64,000 bases of DNA, taken from positions 114,582 to 178,581 of the forward strand of contig JBBQFH010000002.1 of NCBI GenBank assembly GCA_038321865.1. The letters are read 5' to 3'. Positions 1 to 10,046 of this stretch are shown one piece after another (the first letter of the stretch is position 1; each line of letters starts with the position of its first letter). The position numbers and the translations under genes are program-made. Origin of the DNA: Gemmatimonadales bacterium. GTDB taxonomy: Bacteria; Gemmatimonadota; Gemmatimonadetes; Gemmatimonadales; GWC2-71-9. A model generated the notes under the pieces. The model was given only the letters and a program-made list of their open reading frames with translations, did no database searches and had not been told where the DNA came from.

Positions 1-112
1 TCACGACGCCGTCGCGATCCACCTGCGCCACGAACGACACCTCGCGCCCGCCCGCCGCCGAAATCTCGGCGGCGAGGTAGGCGCGGACGCCGGGGGCAAT
101 CCGCTCACTCAA
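1..112 (-). CDS. N-terminal fragment of a probable DinG-family helicase with N-terminal JAB/RadC-like domain (runs off window)
   Basis: TTG at 112 overlaps the TGA of the upstream gene. Reads MSERIAPGVRAYLAAEISAAGGREVSFVAQVDRDGVV, resembling Gemmatimonadota DinG N-termini from memory. Only 37 codons are visible. Confidence 0.45.
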   Translation of the reverse strand, partial: MSERIAPGVRAYLAAEISAAGGREVSFVAQVDRDGVV

Positions 113-1404
113 GTTTTCAGTTCTTTCTTCTTCGCGGCCGGAAAGAGGACGTTATTCAGAATCAGCCGGTAGCCCGGCGAGTGCGGATGCAGGGACAGGT
201 CGGTCGGCGCGTCGCCGATCTGGTGCTGCGGGTCCTCCGGGTCGTGGCCGCCGAAGAACGTCCACGTCCCCTGCCCGCGCTCACCATGAATGTACTTGGC
301 CCAGGGCGCGCCGGGCTCGTCGGCGAGCACCGTGTCGGATGGCTTGAGCGTACGCCGGGTGAAGGAGGTGGTGAGCCCGTAGAAGTCGGGAATGACCTGG
401 CGGTGGTTCTGCACCAGCATCGTGGCCACCGGATCGATCTTGGCGCTGAAGTTGAACAACGTGAACGACCCGAGGGGCTGGCGACGCTCCGGCGCGTTCA
501 CCTGATGACCGTCGATGTCGGAATACGACGGGGTCGTCGGGCTCAGCTCCAGCTGAGCATTCTGAAACGCGAGGGCCCGGTCCCAGTGCAGCTTCCCGCT
601 GGCGTCCGGGTCCATCGGGCTCCCGTCGGCGTAGGAGGCGGCGATGTCGACCCCCTCACTCGCGAGCGCGAGATCGAGCGTCTCGGTCGCCGTGCACATG
701 GCGAACAGAAATCCTCCGCGTTCGACGAATGCGCTGATTTTCTGGGCCACCATGCGCTTGGCCGCCGGCACCGAGGCGAACCCCAGCTGCCGCGCGACGG
801 CGGTGTTGCGCTGAATCATGTCGGACAGCCACGGCGCACCGGCGTAATTCAGCACGAACTTCGAGTATTGCCCGGTGAAATCCTCGTGATGGAGGTGCAG
901 CCAGTCGTAGGTCGGGAGCTTGTCGGCAAACACCTCCGGATCCCAGACCTTCTCGAACTTGACCCCTGCGTACTCGAGCGCCATGGTGACGGCATCGTCC
1001 CATGGAGCTGCGTTCGGCGGGGCGTAGACCGCCACCTTCGGCGCCTTCTCCAGCGGCACGGCGTCCATGTTTCCCTGCTGGAGCTCGCCGCGAATTCGGG
1101 TGACCCGACTATCGTCCAGCGGTTCGGAGGCGACGCCCGACAGCGCTGCGTCCCGAACGGTGGCGGTCTCCGCAGGCACGAGAAAAGACCCGCCGCGATA
1201 GTTGGTGAACCACTCGACCTTCGTGCCCCGTTCCAGCGCCCGGTAGGCGAGACCGTAGGCCTTCAGGTGGTCGCTCTGCGTATCGTCCATCGGGATGAGC
1301 AGCCACGGCGCCGCCGACCGCAGGCCGCGAGGAAGCCAGATCCCCGACCAGGGCAGCAGCACCGCGGCACCCGCCGCGCCGCGCAGCAGATCGCGACGCT
1401 TCAC
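109..1404 (-). CDS. Conserved protein with class I glutamine-amidotransferase-like fold (family often auto-annotated 'asparagine synthetase B'); Tat-like signal
   Basis: GTG 1404 overlaps the upstream TGA. Motifs MKRRDLLRGAAG, LIPMD..Q..HLKAYG, PWDDAVTMALEYA, DWLHLHHEDFTGQY, GGFLFAMC, SPGYRLILNNVLFPAAKKK. Confidence 0.75.
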   Translation of the reverse strand: MKRRDLLRGAAGAAVLLPWSGIWLPRGLRSAAPWLLIPMDDTQSDHLKAYGLAYRALERGTKVEWFTNYRGGSFLVPAETATVRDAALSGVASEPLDDSRVTRIRGELQQGNMDAVPLEKAPKVAVYAPPNAAPWDDAVTMALEYAGVKFEKVWDPEVFADKLPTYDWLHLHHEDFTGQYSKFVLNYAGAPWLSDMIQRNTAVARQLGFASVPAAKRMVAQKISAFVERGGFLFAMCTATETLDLALASEGVDIAASYADGSPMDPDASGKLHWDRALAFQNAQLELSPTTPSYSDIDGHQVNAPERRQPLGSFTLFNFSAKIDPVATMLVQNHRQVIPDFYGLTTSFTRRTLKPSDTVLADEPGAPWAKYIHGERGQGTWTFFGGHDPEDPQHQIGDAPTDLSLHPHSPGYRLILNNVLFPAAKKKELKT

Positions 1405-3131
1405 GTGCGGGGCACGGCTCCGCGCGCCTCGTCGAGCGCCCGTCGCGCCTGAGGAACGAGGGCACTGGTCGCGTAGGTGAGAATCAGGTGCTCCAGCGTG
1501 GCGACAGCTTCCGGACGCCTTCCCAGCGCGATCAGCAGACGGCCCAGCTCGAGCTCCGCTGCCGGCGCCGTGGCCGGTGCAGCCTCGACATCGGCGGCCC
1601 GAAACGCCTTCTCCGCCTCCACCGCGCGGCCCCGCGCGGCCTCCAGCCGGCCCGTCCACAGGCGAAGCTCCGCTCCCCCTCGATCCGGCGCCAGCTTGCC
1701 GGCGAGCCGCGACAGCGCGGACACCGCCGCCGCGGTGTCGCCCTGTTCCAGATGAAGGAACGCGGCGCCGAGCGCGGGCAGCGAGTCGTCGTCGATCCGT
1801 TGCAGCAGCGCCAGCAGCGACGCGCGCTTCGCCGCCTCCTCACGGGTGCCGGTGTAGGGACCGGCCGCACGAAGTCGGGCTACCGCACCCAGGATGTCTC
1901 CCCGCAGCATGGCGACCCGCCCCGACACCGCGAACCCTTCCACCGTACTGTCCGCGACGAGCGCCCGCTCCGCTCGATCGAGCGCGCCGGAGCGCGCCCA
2001 GCCCCAGGCAACGCGGCGGTTGAGGCTGAGGTACTCGTCGGCGCTCAGTGAGAGACGTGCCGCGCGCAGGCGGTCGTCCGCGTCCATCATTCGTCCCTCG
2101 TCCACCAGGACGCCGATGAGCGTGGCGGCGGCGCCGGTCATGGCTGCGGGCGCAGCGCCCCGGTCATCCGCCACGCCGTTCAGCATGCGCCTGGCGCTCT
2201 CGCGATCCCCGCCGTCCGCATACGCCTGCGCGGCGAGCATGCGCGCCCGCGGCGCGCCGGCCCCCGGGCTCCGCGTGGCCAACGCTTCGTAGGCCATCCC
2301 CTCGGCGCGCCGTGAGTCAGGAGTCGCCGGCCGCGCCTGCAGCCCCTCGACGAACTGCTTGAGTCTCGCCGCCGCCTGGACGTTGTCGCCGGGGAGGGCG
2401 GCCTGGAACACCCGGAACCCGCCGACCGGGTCGCCCCACCGCGCGATCAGCGAGCCGGCGAGTGTGCGCCCATCGGCCGCCCCGTCTCCCTGCAGCAGAC
2501 GCAGCAGATCGGCGTGCACCTGGTCCGGCGCTGCGGACAGGGCCGCCAGCGCGGCGTACCGGAAGCCATCCACCTGCCGGATCGCGGCCAGCCACTCGTG
2601 GGCGGAGCCGGTCCAGTCCCGTTCGCCGATCGCAAGCTGCGCCGCTTCCGGGGCGAGGGCGTCGAGGCGCCCGACCCGCTGCCGGGCCAGCGTCACTCCC
2701 GCCCGCGCGGCGGCACGATCTCCCCGCCCGATGGCCGCGCCGACCCACTCCCGATACGGAGCCTCGTCTCCCGGGGCAGACTGCGCCCAGCGATCCACAG
2801 CCGCCCGCACGCTGTCGGCCGCGCCAAGGGCGATCCACGTACGGACCAGCACTCCGTTTCCCACTGCGCTCGGCGCACCGGCCGCGAGCGCCGCCCGCGC
2901 CGCCGGCGCTGCCTCGGCGGTCCGGTTGAGCGGGAGCAGTGCACGCTCAAGGCCCAGCAGCGCGGCCACGTCGGCGGGCCGCGCCCCGAGGGCGGCGCGG
3001 TAGGCTTCCGCCGCGGCCGCGTAGCTGCCCTGACGCTCGAGATCGAGAGCGCGAGCCAGTCCGGGCTGCTGAGCCGCGGCGGATTCGCCGAGGGCTGGCA
3101 GCATCAGCAGCGCGAAGATTCGGGTTCTCAC
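1401..3131 (-). CDS. Secreted tetratricopeptide-repeat protein
   Basis: GTG 3131 overlaps the upstream stop. Signal peptide, Ala-rich helical repeats, C-terminal LEHLILTY..S...PQARR (BamD/YfiO-like TPR end). Confidence 0.7.
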   Translation of the reverse strand: MRTRIFALLMLPALGESAAAQQPGLARALDLERQGSYAAAAEAYRAALGARPADVAALLGLERALLPLNRTAEAAPAARAALAAGAPSAVGNGVLVRTWIALGAADSVRAAVDRWAQSAPGDEAPYREWVGAAIGRGDRAAARAGVTLARQRVGRLDALAPEAAQLAIGERDWTGSAHEWLAAIRQVDGFRYAALAALSAAPDQVHADLLRLLQGDGAADGRTLAGSLIARWGDPVGGFRVFQAALPGDNVQAAARLKQFVEGLQARPATPDSRRAEGMAYEALATRSPGAGAPRARMLAAQAYADGGDRESARRMLNGVADDRGAAPAAMTGAAATLIGVLVDEGRMMDADDRLRAARLSLSADEYLSLNRRVAWGWARSGALDRAERALVADSTVEGFAVSGRVAMLRGDILGAVARLRAAGPYTGTREEAAKRASLLALLQRIDDDSLPALGAAFLHLEQGDTAAAVSALSRLAGKLAPDRGGAELRLWTGRLEAARGRAVEAEKAFRAADVEAAPATAPAAELELGRLLIALGRRPEAVATLEHLILTYATSALVPQARRALDEARGAVPRT

Positions 3132-6100
3132 GGCCGGGCCGGCTGCTCCGACAGCTTGCGGAAGTAATCCATGACCAGCCGGCGCTCTTCCGGCGAGAGC
3201 TGCTGCAGCTGTTCCCACGATGGAGGCCGAAGACCGTCGTCAGTCTGGAGCCGAGCGCGCAGTGCGGGCGGCAGACTGATGCTGTCTCCTGCGGCGGTCG
3301 TGCTCTGCCGTTCCTTCTTCTCGTCTTCCTCGTGCCCCTGCAGCGTGCGCCCGGCGTCCAGCATGCGGCGGAAGAGACGCTCCTGCCGCTCGACGGTCTG
3401 CCGATCCAGGCGGCCCGCTTCCAGCCGCCGGGCCAAATCCTTGGCTTCGTCGGCAAGTTCGCCTGCACCGGGCATGTTGCCCTGCGCACGGAGCCGCTCC
3501 AACTGCTCCGACAGCGCCCGCTGCTGCGCGCCGAGCCGCTCAAGCGCCGAGGCCATGCCGGAGCTTCCCGCCATCGGGAGCATTCCCCCTGCCTGCTGCC
3601 CAAGCTGCCCCTGTTGTCCCGCCAGCTCGCCCATGCGCTTGATCGCCTCGGCCATACCGCTGCCGGACTGCGCCCCCGATACATCGCCCCGGGCACGCAC
3701 CAGCTCGTAGCTCGCCGCGTTCAGCGCATCGATCGCGCCGCCTGCCCGTTCTGCCGCCTCCCGGGAATTGGGCGCCGCCGACGAAACCGCCTCGCGCGCG
3801 CGCTCCATCTCCTGCTGAGCCGCAGAAAGCGCGGCCGAGATCTGCGGCGAGACGAGCGCGTTGCGGCCCGAGGCCTGCCGTACCTGATCGAGCAGCTTCT
3901 GCACACCCTCCTCCACGGCCCCCTGCTCCCCACGCGCGGCGGCCGGATCACCCCCCTGCTGAAACTGGCGCTGCACGCCAAGCTCACGCTCGGTCAGCCT
4001 CGTCGACTCGGCCAGCGACCGGTCAAGTGCGTCGGCGACTTCCTGCCGCCATTCCTCCTGCATCGCCTCCCGGTCCTGGTCGATTTGGCCGCCGAGCGGC
4101 TTCAGCGACTGAGACGCCTTCCGGCCGTGGGCTTGGGCTTGCGGCCGCTGCCCGGACGCCGCGGCCTGCTGCGCCTGCTTCATCTGATCCGCCGCGTCCG
4201 CTGCCGCCCGTGACGCCGACTCCGTCTTGCCGCTCCGCGCCGAATCCTCAACTGCCTCGGACGCCTGCTTCAGCCCGGCCGCCAGTGAGTCCGCCCGTGC
4301 GGCCAGCTGCCGCTCCTCCGCGGAGGCGGCGGCACTGTCCGCGCGGGTCGCCTGCTCGTTCCACTGCTCCTGGGCACGGGCGAGATCCTTCGCCTCCTGC
4401 GCCAGATTCGAGAGATCACCCTCCAGCGCGGCACGCTTGAACAGCTCGCGGCTTCGCTCCAGCGCCTCTTTCAGTTGCTTCTGCACCTGCGCCAGATCCT
4501 GAAGCGCCTGCTGGGTGCGCTCAGCGTCCAGTTCCTGGAGCGAGCGCTGCAACTCGGCGAGTTTCTCCCGCAGTTCGGGTGTCAGGGCGCGATCGAGCTC
4601 CTGGCGGATTTCGTCGAGGTGTTTCTGAAACTCCGGATCGGTCAGCCCGGACTGCTTCGCGCTCTCCTGCAGCTGCTGCAGCGCGCGATCAAGGGACTCC
4701 GCGTCGCGCACCAGCTGCTCCTGTGACCGGGCGATGGCCTCCGCCTTCTTCGCCTGGTCAAACTGGAGACTGTTGTCGGCGCGCTGGGCACCGCCGTTCT
4801 GCGGGCGCGGTTGCTCGCGCGCGAGGTCCTCCGCCTGACGTTCCAGCCGGGCGCTCCGGGCGGCGATCGAGTCGAGCCGCCCGCCGATCGCCTCACTCGC
4901 TTCGCGTTGCGCCGCGCGCATCTCCGTCGCGGTCGGCACGCGGATGACGAACTCACGCGATCGGCCGACGTGGGCCTGTGGCGCGTTGTCGGTCGCCAGG
5001 GCCACGTACCGCAGCGAGTCACCCGGCAGGAGTCCGCGGCGATCGAGTTGCAGCGTGTAGGACAGAATGGCGCGATCGGTCCGCTCCGCCGGGAGCGCGA
5101 CCGACTCCCGCACCACCGAGTCCGCCACTCCCAGCCGGCTCACCCGGCGGCTCTCAAGCGTCACCCGCATCAGCGCATGATCGTCCCGCACGTCGAGCAC
5201 CAGCGGGACCCGGAGATCGAGCGGCGCGACGGTGTCCGCGCCGGGAACGGGAATCTCGACCCGCGGCGCGCTGTCGGCCACGACACGAACCGGGAGCCGA
5301 ACGGTGTCTCCGCCCAGCGCCGCACCGTCCGCCGTGACCAGCAGAAGCTCGTACGATGCCGACGCCGCAGGAATCAGACTGCCGGCGAACGTCGAGCTGG
5401 TCACAGCCAGCCGATGCACGATGCCCGGCGCTTTCCAGGCAGCGGACCTGAGCGCGGCCGTCGCCTGGCCGCGGGTGTCCAGCCGGGTACCGGCCGGCAC
5501 GACGATGGTGTCGCCACCGACCGGCAGCGGTTCATCGTCCATATGCAGATACGACGGATAATGCGCCGTCACGCTGAGGGCGCCGAGGAAGACCGGAAGC
5601 CGCACCCGGACCAGTACGGTGTCGGACGACCGGGATGCGCTGGTCAGCCGGGCGTACAGATCGGCGCGGAGCGGACCGACTATCCGGATCGAATGGCCGG
5701 CGGAGTCGAGCTGCACGCGCTCGGGCCGCCAGGCCTCGCCCGGCGCGCGCAGCCAGAGGGTGGCGTCCCTGCGCCCCGGTGCATCGAGCACCAACGACAC
5801 GCTCCCGCCCCGGTCGACCGCATCGGCCGACGCGCGAATGCGGACCGGCGCGATGGTCTCCTTCCAGGCGCGGAGGGGATGCCACAGCGCTGCCGCGGTG
5901 CCATGCACCGGGCCGGCCGAGCCGATCGCGGTGAGGCCGAGAGCGGCACACACTGCGCCGGCGGCGGCACGCTGGCGGATCGGGACAGCGACGGGGTCGA
6001 ACGCCTGCCGGCCCCTCGACTCGAGCGCCGCGGCCTCAGCGCGATCGGCCTGCGCGAGCAGCGAAGGGCTTCCGCCTGCGGCAGGCAGATCGAGCAGCGC

Positions 6101-6397
6101 GGTCAGCGCTCCCGAGCGCCACGCCCCACCAGCCTCGAGCCGCCGCGCCACACGCCGAAGGTGGAGCGCCGGCTCGGCCTGGAGGGCCGCCAGCACAGCG
6201 ACCCCGCCGGCGAGCAGCGCGAGTGCCCAGGCCACGAGCACCCAGTACGGCGCATCGAACCAGTGCAGTCGCGCAACCCATGCGCAGCCCCCCAGCAGCA
6301 GGGCCACGGCGCCGACGGCGGTGGCCCCCCAGCCGCCTCGACTCAACCGGGCGACCGGAGCGATCAGGCGTGCCAGGGCCTCGCGCGTAGCACTCAT
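3128..6397 (-). CDS. DUF4175-family membrane protein with long Gln/Ala-rich coiled coil
   Basis: 1089 aa. N-terminal TM helices, Ig-like region with D..P.V and LLPGD..RY...A.DN, QERLFRRMLDAGRTL near the C-terminus. Confidence 0.75.
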   Translation of the reverse strand: MSATREALARLIAPVARLSRGGWGATAVGAVALLLGGCAWVARLHWFDAPYWVLVAWALALLAGGVAVLAALQAEPALHLRRVARRLEAGGAWRSGALTALLDLPAAGGSPSLLAQADRAEAAALESRGRQAFDPVAVPIRQRAAAGAVCAALGLTAIGSAGPVHGTAAALWHPLRAWKETIAPVRIRASADAVDRGGSVSLVLDAPGRRDATLWLRAPGEAWRPERVQLDSAGHSIRIVGPLRADLYARLTSASRSSDTVLVRVRLPVFLGALSVTAHYPSYLHMDDEPLPVGGDTIVVPAGTRLDTRGQATAALRSAAWKAPGIVHRLAVTSSTFAGSLIPAASASYELLLVTADGAALGGDTVRLPVRVVADSAPRVEIPVPGADTVAPLDLRVPLVLDVRDDHALMRVTLESRRVSRLGVADSVVRESVALPAERTDRAILSYTLQLDRRGLLPGDSLRYVALATDNAPQAHVGRSREFVIRVPTATEMRAAQREASEAIGGRLDSIAARSARLERQAEDLAREQPRPQNGGAQRADNSLQFDQAKKAEAIARSQEQLVRDAESLDRALQQLQESAKQSGLTDPEFQKHLDEIRQELDRALTPELREKLAELQRSLQELDAERTQQALQDLAQVQKQLKEALERSRELFKRAALEGDLSNLAQEAKDLARAQEQWNEQATRADSAAASAEERQLAARADSLAAGLKQASEAVEDSARSGKTESASRAAADAADQMKQAQQAAASGQRPQAQAHGRKASQSLKPLGGQIDQDREAMQEEWRQEVADALDRSLAESTRLTERELGVQRQFQQGGDPAAARGEQGAVEEGVQKLLDQVRQASGRNALVSPQISAALSAAQQEMERAREAVSSAAPNSREAAERAGGAIDALNAASYELVRARGDVSGAQSGSGMAEAIKRMGELAGQQGQLGQQAGGMLPMAGSSGMASALERLGAQQRALSEQLERLRAQGNMPGAGELADEAKDLARRLEAGRLDRQTVERQERLFRRMLDAGRTLQGHEEDEKKERQSTTAAGDSISLPPALRARLQTDDGLRPPSWEQLQQLSPEERRLVMDYFRKLSEQPARP

Positions 6398-7080
6398 CCG
6401 CCGAACCCCACCGCGTAGGCGAACAGGTTCACTCCCATGCGGAGCGCGGCCTCGTGCTTTTCGGGAGGATCGTGGTGCACCTCTTCATCCTCCCATCCAT
6501 CGCCGAGGTCGGACTGATACGTGTAATAGACGACGAGCCGGCCATCGACAAAGATGCCGAAGCCCTGCGCCGGCTTGCCGTCGTGCTCGTGGATCTTGGG
6601 AACGCCCCGCGGCAAATCGTAGACGAGGTGGTAAATCGGGTGCGTCAGCGGCACTTCGACCAGCGGATGGTCTGGAAACAGGCGGGCGAGCTCCCCGCGG
6701 ATCGACGCGTCCATCCCGTAGTTGTCATCTACGTGCAGGAACCCTCCCTGCTCGAGATACCGGCGCAACGTCCGAAGGTCCGCGTCCGACCAGTGGACGT
6801 TGCCGTGGCCCGTCATGTAGATGTACGGCACGTCCCAGAGGTCGTCGCCCGCCAGGGTCACGACTCTTTCCTCGCTCCCGACGCGGATCGGCGTCCGGGT
6901 CCGGATCGCCGCGAGCAGGTTGGGAAGGCTCGACGGGTTGGCGTACCAGTCACCCCCGCCCTCGTAATGCAGCCGGCCCACGGTGGCGCCCGGCGGAGCG
7001 CTCTGCCCGCCGAGTCCAATGATCGGAGCGGCGACGGCGAAACCGCAGACGGCGGCAGCCCTGAGCCAGCCGCGCTTCAC
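6394..7080 (-). CDS. DUF4159 domain protein
   Basis: YEGGGDWYANPSSLPNL, YMTGHGNV, GGFLHVDDNYG, PKIHEHDGKP, DLGDGWED. GTG start overlaps the rsmI stop. Confidence 0.85.
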   Translation of the reverse strand: MKRGWLRAAAVCGFAVAAPIIGLGGQSAPPGATVGRLHYEGGGDWYANPSSLPNLLAAIRTRTPIRVGSEERVVTLAGDDLWDVPYIYMTGHGNVHWSDADLRTLRRYLEQGGFLHVDDNYGMDASIRGELARLFPDHPLVEVPLTHPIYHLVYDLPRGVPKIHEHDGKPAQGFGIFVDGRLVVYYTYQSDLGDGWEDEEVHHDPPEKHEAALRMGVNLFAYAVGFGG

Positions 7081-7913
7081 TGCATCTCCATGACGCGACG
7101 GTAAGCCTCGTTCCGCGGGATACCCAGCATGCTGATCAACCGTTCGACCACGTCGCGGCGCGAGGTGCCCTCGCCCAGCCACCTCGCCGCCAGCTCCGCC
7201 GCTTCCGCGCTGCGGTCGGGGGCCTGAGCCGCGGCGTCCGTCCCCTTGAGCACTACGGTGAACTCGCCCCTGGGTTCCTGCGCGGTAAAATGTGCCGCAA
7301 GCTCGTCGAGCGTTCCCGCTCGGAGTTCCTCATGGAGCTTGGTCAGCTCCCGGGCGACGAATGCCTGCCGCTCGTGTCCCGCCAGCCCCGCCAGGTCTTC
7401 CAGCAGCGCAACCAGGCGGCTCGGTGCCTCGAAGAACACGACCGGCCACTCCTCCAGCGCCGCTCGACCCAGCAGCCGGCTCCGTTCGGAGCCCTTTCGA
7501 GGCACGAATCCGAGGAAGAGGTACCGGTCGCCCTCGAGGCCGCAGACCGACAGGGCCGTGGCGACCGCGGACACGCCCGGTATGGGGACGACCGCCGACC
7601 CGCGGGCGCGCACGGCGGACACGAGATCGGCCCCGGGGTCGCTGACGACGGGCGTGCCGGCATCGGACACGAGCGCGACATCGCGCCCGTCGGCGAGGAT
7701 CTGCAGGATGGCGTCGAGACGGTGCTGGTCGGAGTGCTGGTGGAAGCTGAGCAGGCGGGGACTGGCGCCCAGATGGGTCAGCAGCCCGCGAGTCCGGCGC
7801 GTGTCCTCCGCCGCGACCACCGGCACGCCGCGGAGAATCTCCGCGGCGCGCGGTGTCAGGTCCCCGAGGTTGCCGAGCGGGGTGGCGACGACGTAGAGCG
7901 TGCCGGTAGGCAC
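7077..7913 (-). CDS. rsmI: 16S rRNA (cytidine1402-2'-O)-methyltransferase
   Basis: GTLYVVATPLGNLGD, AAEDTRRT, LVSDAGTPVVSDPG, ARELTKLHEE. Confidence 0.95.
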   Translation of the reverse strand: MPTGTLYVVATPLGNLGDLTPRAAEILRGVPVVAAEDTRRTRGLLTHLGASPRLLSFHQHSDQHRLDAILQILADGRDVALVSDAGTPVVSDPGADLVSAVRARGSAVVPIPGVSAVATALSVCGLEGDRYLFLGFVPRKGSERSRLLGRAALEEWPVVFFEAPSRLVALLEDLAGLAGHERQAFVARELTKLHEELRAGTLDELAAHFTAQEPRGEFTVVLKGTDAAAQAPDRSAEAAELAARWLGEGTSRRDVVERLISMLGIPRNEAYRRVMEMQ

Positions 7914-8251
7914 TACCCCAGGTGCTGCTTGATCTTCCCCTCGAGCGTCGCCTTGGGCACGGCACCGACGACGGTGTCCACGTGCTGGCCGTTCTTGAAG
8001 AAGAGAATGCTGGGAATCGAGCGCACATTGAAGCGCGCGGCCGTCCGCTGGTTCGAGTCGACGTCCACCTTGGCCACCTTCACCTTGCCGGTGTGTTCGC
8101 TGGCGAGCTGGTCGAGAATCGGGGCGACGATCTGGCACGGTCCGCACCAGGTGGCCCAGAAATCGACCAGCACGAGACCGGACGACTGCTCGATCTCGCC
8201 GGCGAACGTGGCGTCGGTCACGTGAACGGTCTGCGTATTGGTCGCGCTCAT
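7913..8251 (-). CDS. trxA: Thioredoxin
   Basis: VDFWATWCGPC, VRSIP; GGAG SD upstream of ATG 8251. Confidence 0.95.
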   Translation of the reverse strand: MSATNTQTVHVTDATFAGEIEQSSGLVLVDFWATWCGPCQIVAPILDQLASEHTGKVKVAKVDVDSNQRTAARFNVRSIPSILFFKNGQHVDTVVGAVPKATLEGKIKQHLG

Positions 8252-8318
8252 CCTGTTATTCTCCATTCGTGAGGCCCGCACGGGCCTGCAAGTTAATCGT
8301 ATGCGACCGGAGTCCCGA

Positions 8319-8714
8319 GTGACCGAGTCTCGTATCGCCCATGTCGGAATCGCCGTCGCTGACCTCGACGCCGCACTGGCCTTCTACCGCGACGTGCTGG
8401 GGCTGGAGCCGCCGCACCCACCGGAGGTGGCGGACGGGGCAACGATCGTTTCGCTGCCCTTCGGCGATTCGGAAGTCGAGTTGCTCACGTCCTCGGACGA
8501 GGCAAGCCCGATCGCCAGATTCCTGGCGCGGCGCGGGCCGGGGATCCACCACATCTGCTATCGCGTGCCCGATCTGGACGCGGCCCTGGCTGCCTGCCGG
8601 CGCGACGGCTACCGGCTCGTCGATGAAGTGCCCCGCATCGGCGCGGGCGGGCGCCGGATAGCGTTCGTACACCCCAAGGCCACCGCCGGCGTGCTCCTCG
8701 AGCTCACTGAATAG
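8319..8714 (+). CDS. mce: Methylmalonyl-CoA epimerase (VOC family)
   Basis: HVGIAV, GPGIHHICY, FVHPKATAGVLLEL. Start is GTG 8319 or ATG 8301. Confidence 0.9.
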   Translation: MTESRIAHVGIAVADLDAALAFYRDVLGLEPPHPPEVADGATIVSLPFGDSEVELLTSSDEASPIARFLARRGPGIHHICYRVPDLDAALAACRRDGYRLVDEVPRIGAGGRRIAFVHPKATAGVLLELTE

Positions 8715-8735
8715 AACATCGGGCGGTTCCCGGCT

Positions 8736-9203
8736 TCAGGGTGACGTGGCACCCGAGGATTCGCAGGGGCGGCCGGGGCTTCCGGCGGCGCCCAGGTCTA
8801 TCTGGTTGATGATCCAGGCGTTGCCCGACCTGACTACGGTAAACGGGACCACCTTGTCGCAGTGTTCGCGCTTGAGCTCGACCTGGAGCAGCCGTCGATC
8901 GGCCTGGCCCATGGCGGCATCGTTGGACATGATGCGGTAGCTGGCGCCGCGGAGATACGCCTGGATCACGACGATGCGTCGCTCGTAGTCGGACGGCTCG
9001 TGCGTGACCGCCGCCGCCCCCTTGGCCGAGCCCCAGAGCTGCGCCATCTTGGCGACGTTGCTGTCGCTCACGGCACGCATGAAGTCCTGCACCGCGCGTT
9101 CGGCGGAGGGCGCCGTTTCGGGCGCCGTACTGGTCGGACGGTTGCCGCTGCAGGCGGTGAAAAGCACGATGGCGGCGGCGCCGAAATACGAGCGCTGGAT
9201 CAC
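8736..9203 (-). CDS. Hypothetical lipoprotein
   Basis: Lipobox-like LFTAC after a hydrophobic stretch; paired cysteines. Confidence 0.6.
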   Translation of the reverse strand: MIQRSYFGAAAIVLFTACSGNRPTSTAPETAPSAERAVQDFMRAVSDSNVAKMAQLWGSAKGAAAVTHEPSDYERRIVVIQAYLRGASYRIMSNDAAMGQADRRLLQVELKREHCDKVVPFTVVRSGNAWIINQIDLGAAGSPGRPCESSGATSP

Positions 9204-9262
9204 GCGGAGCTCCGGATCGAATGTGAGGCCGCGAACATAAACCTTGCGGCAGGCGCCAAACA

Positions 9263-9988
9263 ATGACCGCGTTGCGTCTGTACATCAATATCGACCACGT
9301 CGCCACGGTGCGGCAGGCCCGGCAGACCGACGAGCCCGATCCCGTGGCGGCGGCACTGGTGGCCGAGCGCGCGGGGGCCGATGGGATCACCGCCCACCTG
9401 CGGGAAGACCGGCGGCACATTCAGGATGATGATGTGGAGCGGTTGAGCGCCGCGGTGACGACGGTGCTCAACCTGGAGCTGGCCACGAACGGGCAGATCG
9501 TGGACCTGGCGTGCCGCCTGCGGCCCTTCCAGGCGACGCTGGTTCCCGAGCGCCGCGCGGAGGTGACGACGGAAGGGGGGCTCGACCTCGCCGACCCATC
9601 GCGTATCGCGGCGGCGGCTCGCCGGCTGAGCGACGCCGGGTGCCGGGTGAGCCTGTTCATCGATCCCGATCCCACCGCCATCCGACGGGCGCATGATCTC
9701 GGCGTCGCGGCGATCGAGCTCCACACCGGACGGTACGCCCGGACCTGGCGGGAAGGCGACGCCGCGCTCAGGCAACTGACGGAGGCTGCCACGCTGGCGC
9801 GGACGCTGGGCCTGGCGGTGCATGCGGGGCACGGGCTGACCTATGGCAACGTACACGCCGTCGCCGCCATCGCTTCGATCGAGGAGCTGAACATCGGCCA
9901 TAGCGTCGTCAGTCGCGCCGTGATGATCGGCATGGGGCGCGCCGTTTCCGAAATGGGCGAGCTGATTCGAGCCGCGCATCCGCGTTGA
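9263..9988 (+). CDS. pdxJ: Pyridoxine 5'-phosphate synthase
   Basis: NIDHVATVRQAR, GITAHLREDRRHIQD, TTEGGLD, HAGHGL, ELNIGHS. Confidence 0.97.
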   Translation: MTALRLYINIDHVATVRQARQTDEPDPVAAALVAERAGADGITAHLREDRRHIQDDDVERLSAAVTTVLNLELATNGQIVDLACRLRPFQATLVPERRAEVTTEGGLDLADPSRIAAAARRLSDAGCRVSLFIDPDPTAIRRAHDLGVAAIELHTGRYARTWREGDAALRQLTEAATLARTLGLAVHAGHGLTYGNVHAVAAIASIEELNIGHSVVSRAVMIGMGRAVSEMGELIRAAHPR

Positions 9989-10013
9989 CCTGACCGGGCG
10001 CAACTCGTAGACT
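9985..10013 (+). promoter_or_regulatory. Putative sigma70 promoter
   Basis: TTGACC-17nt-TAGACT upstream of ATG 10047. Confidence 0.5.
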
Positions 10014-10046
10014 GCAGTCCGCACCCCCACCGTCCCCCGAGGCGAC

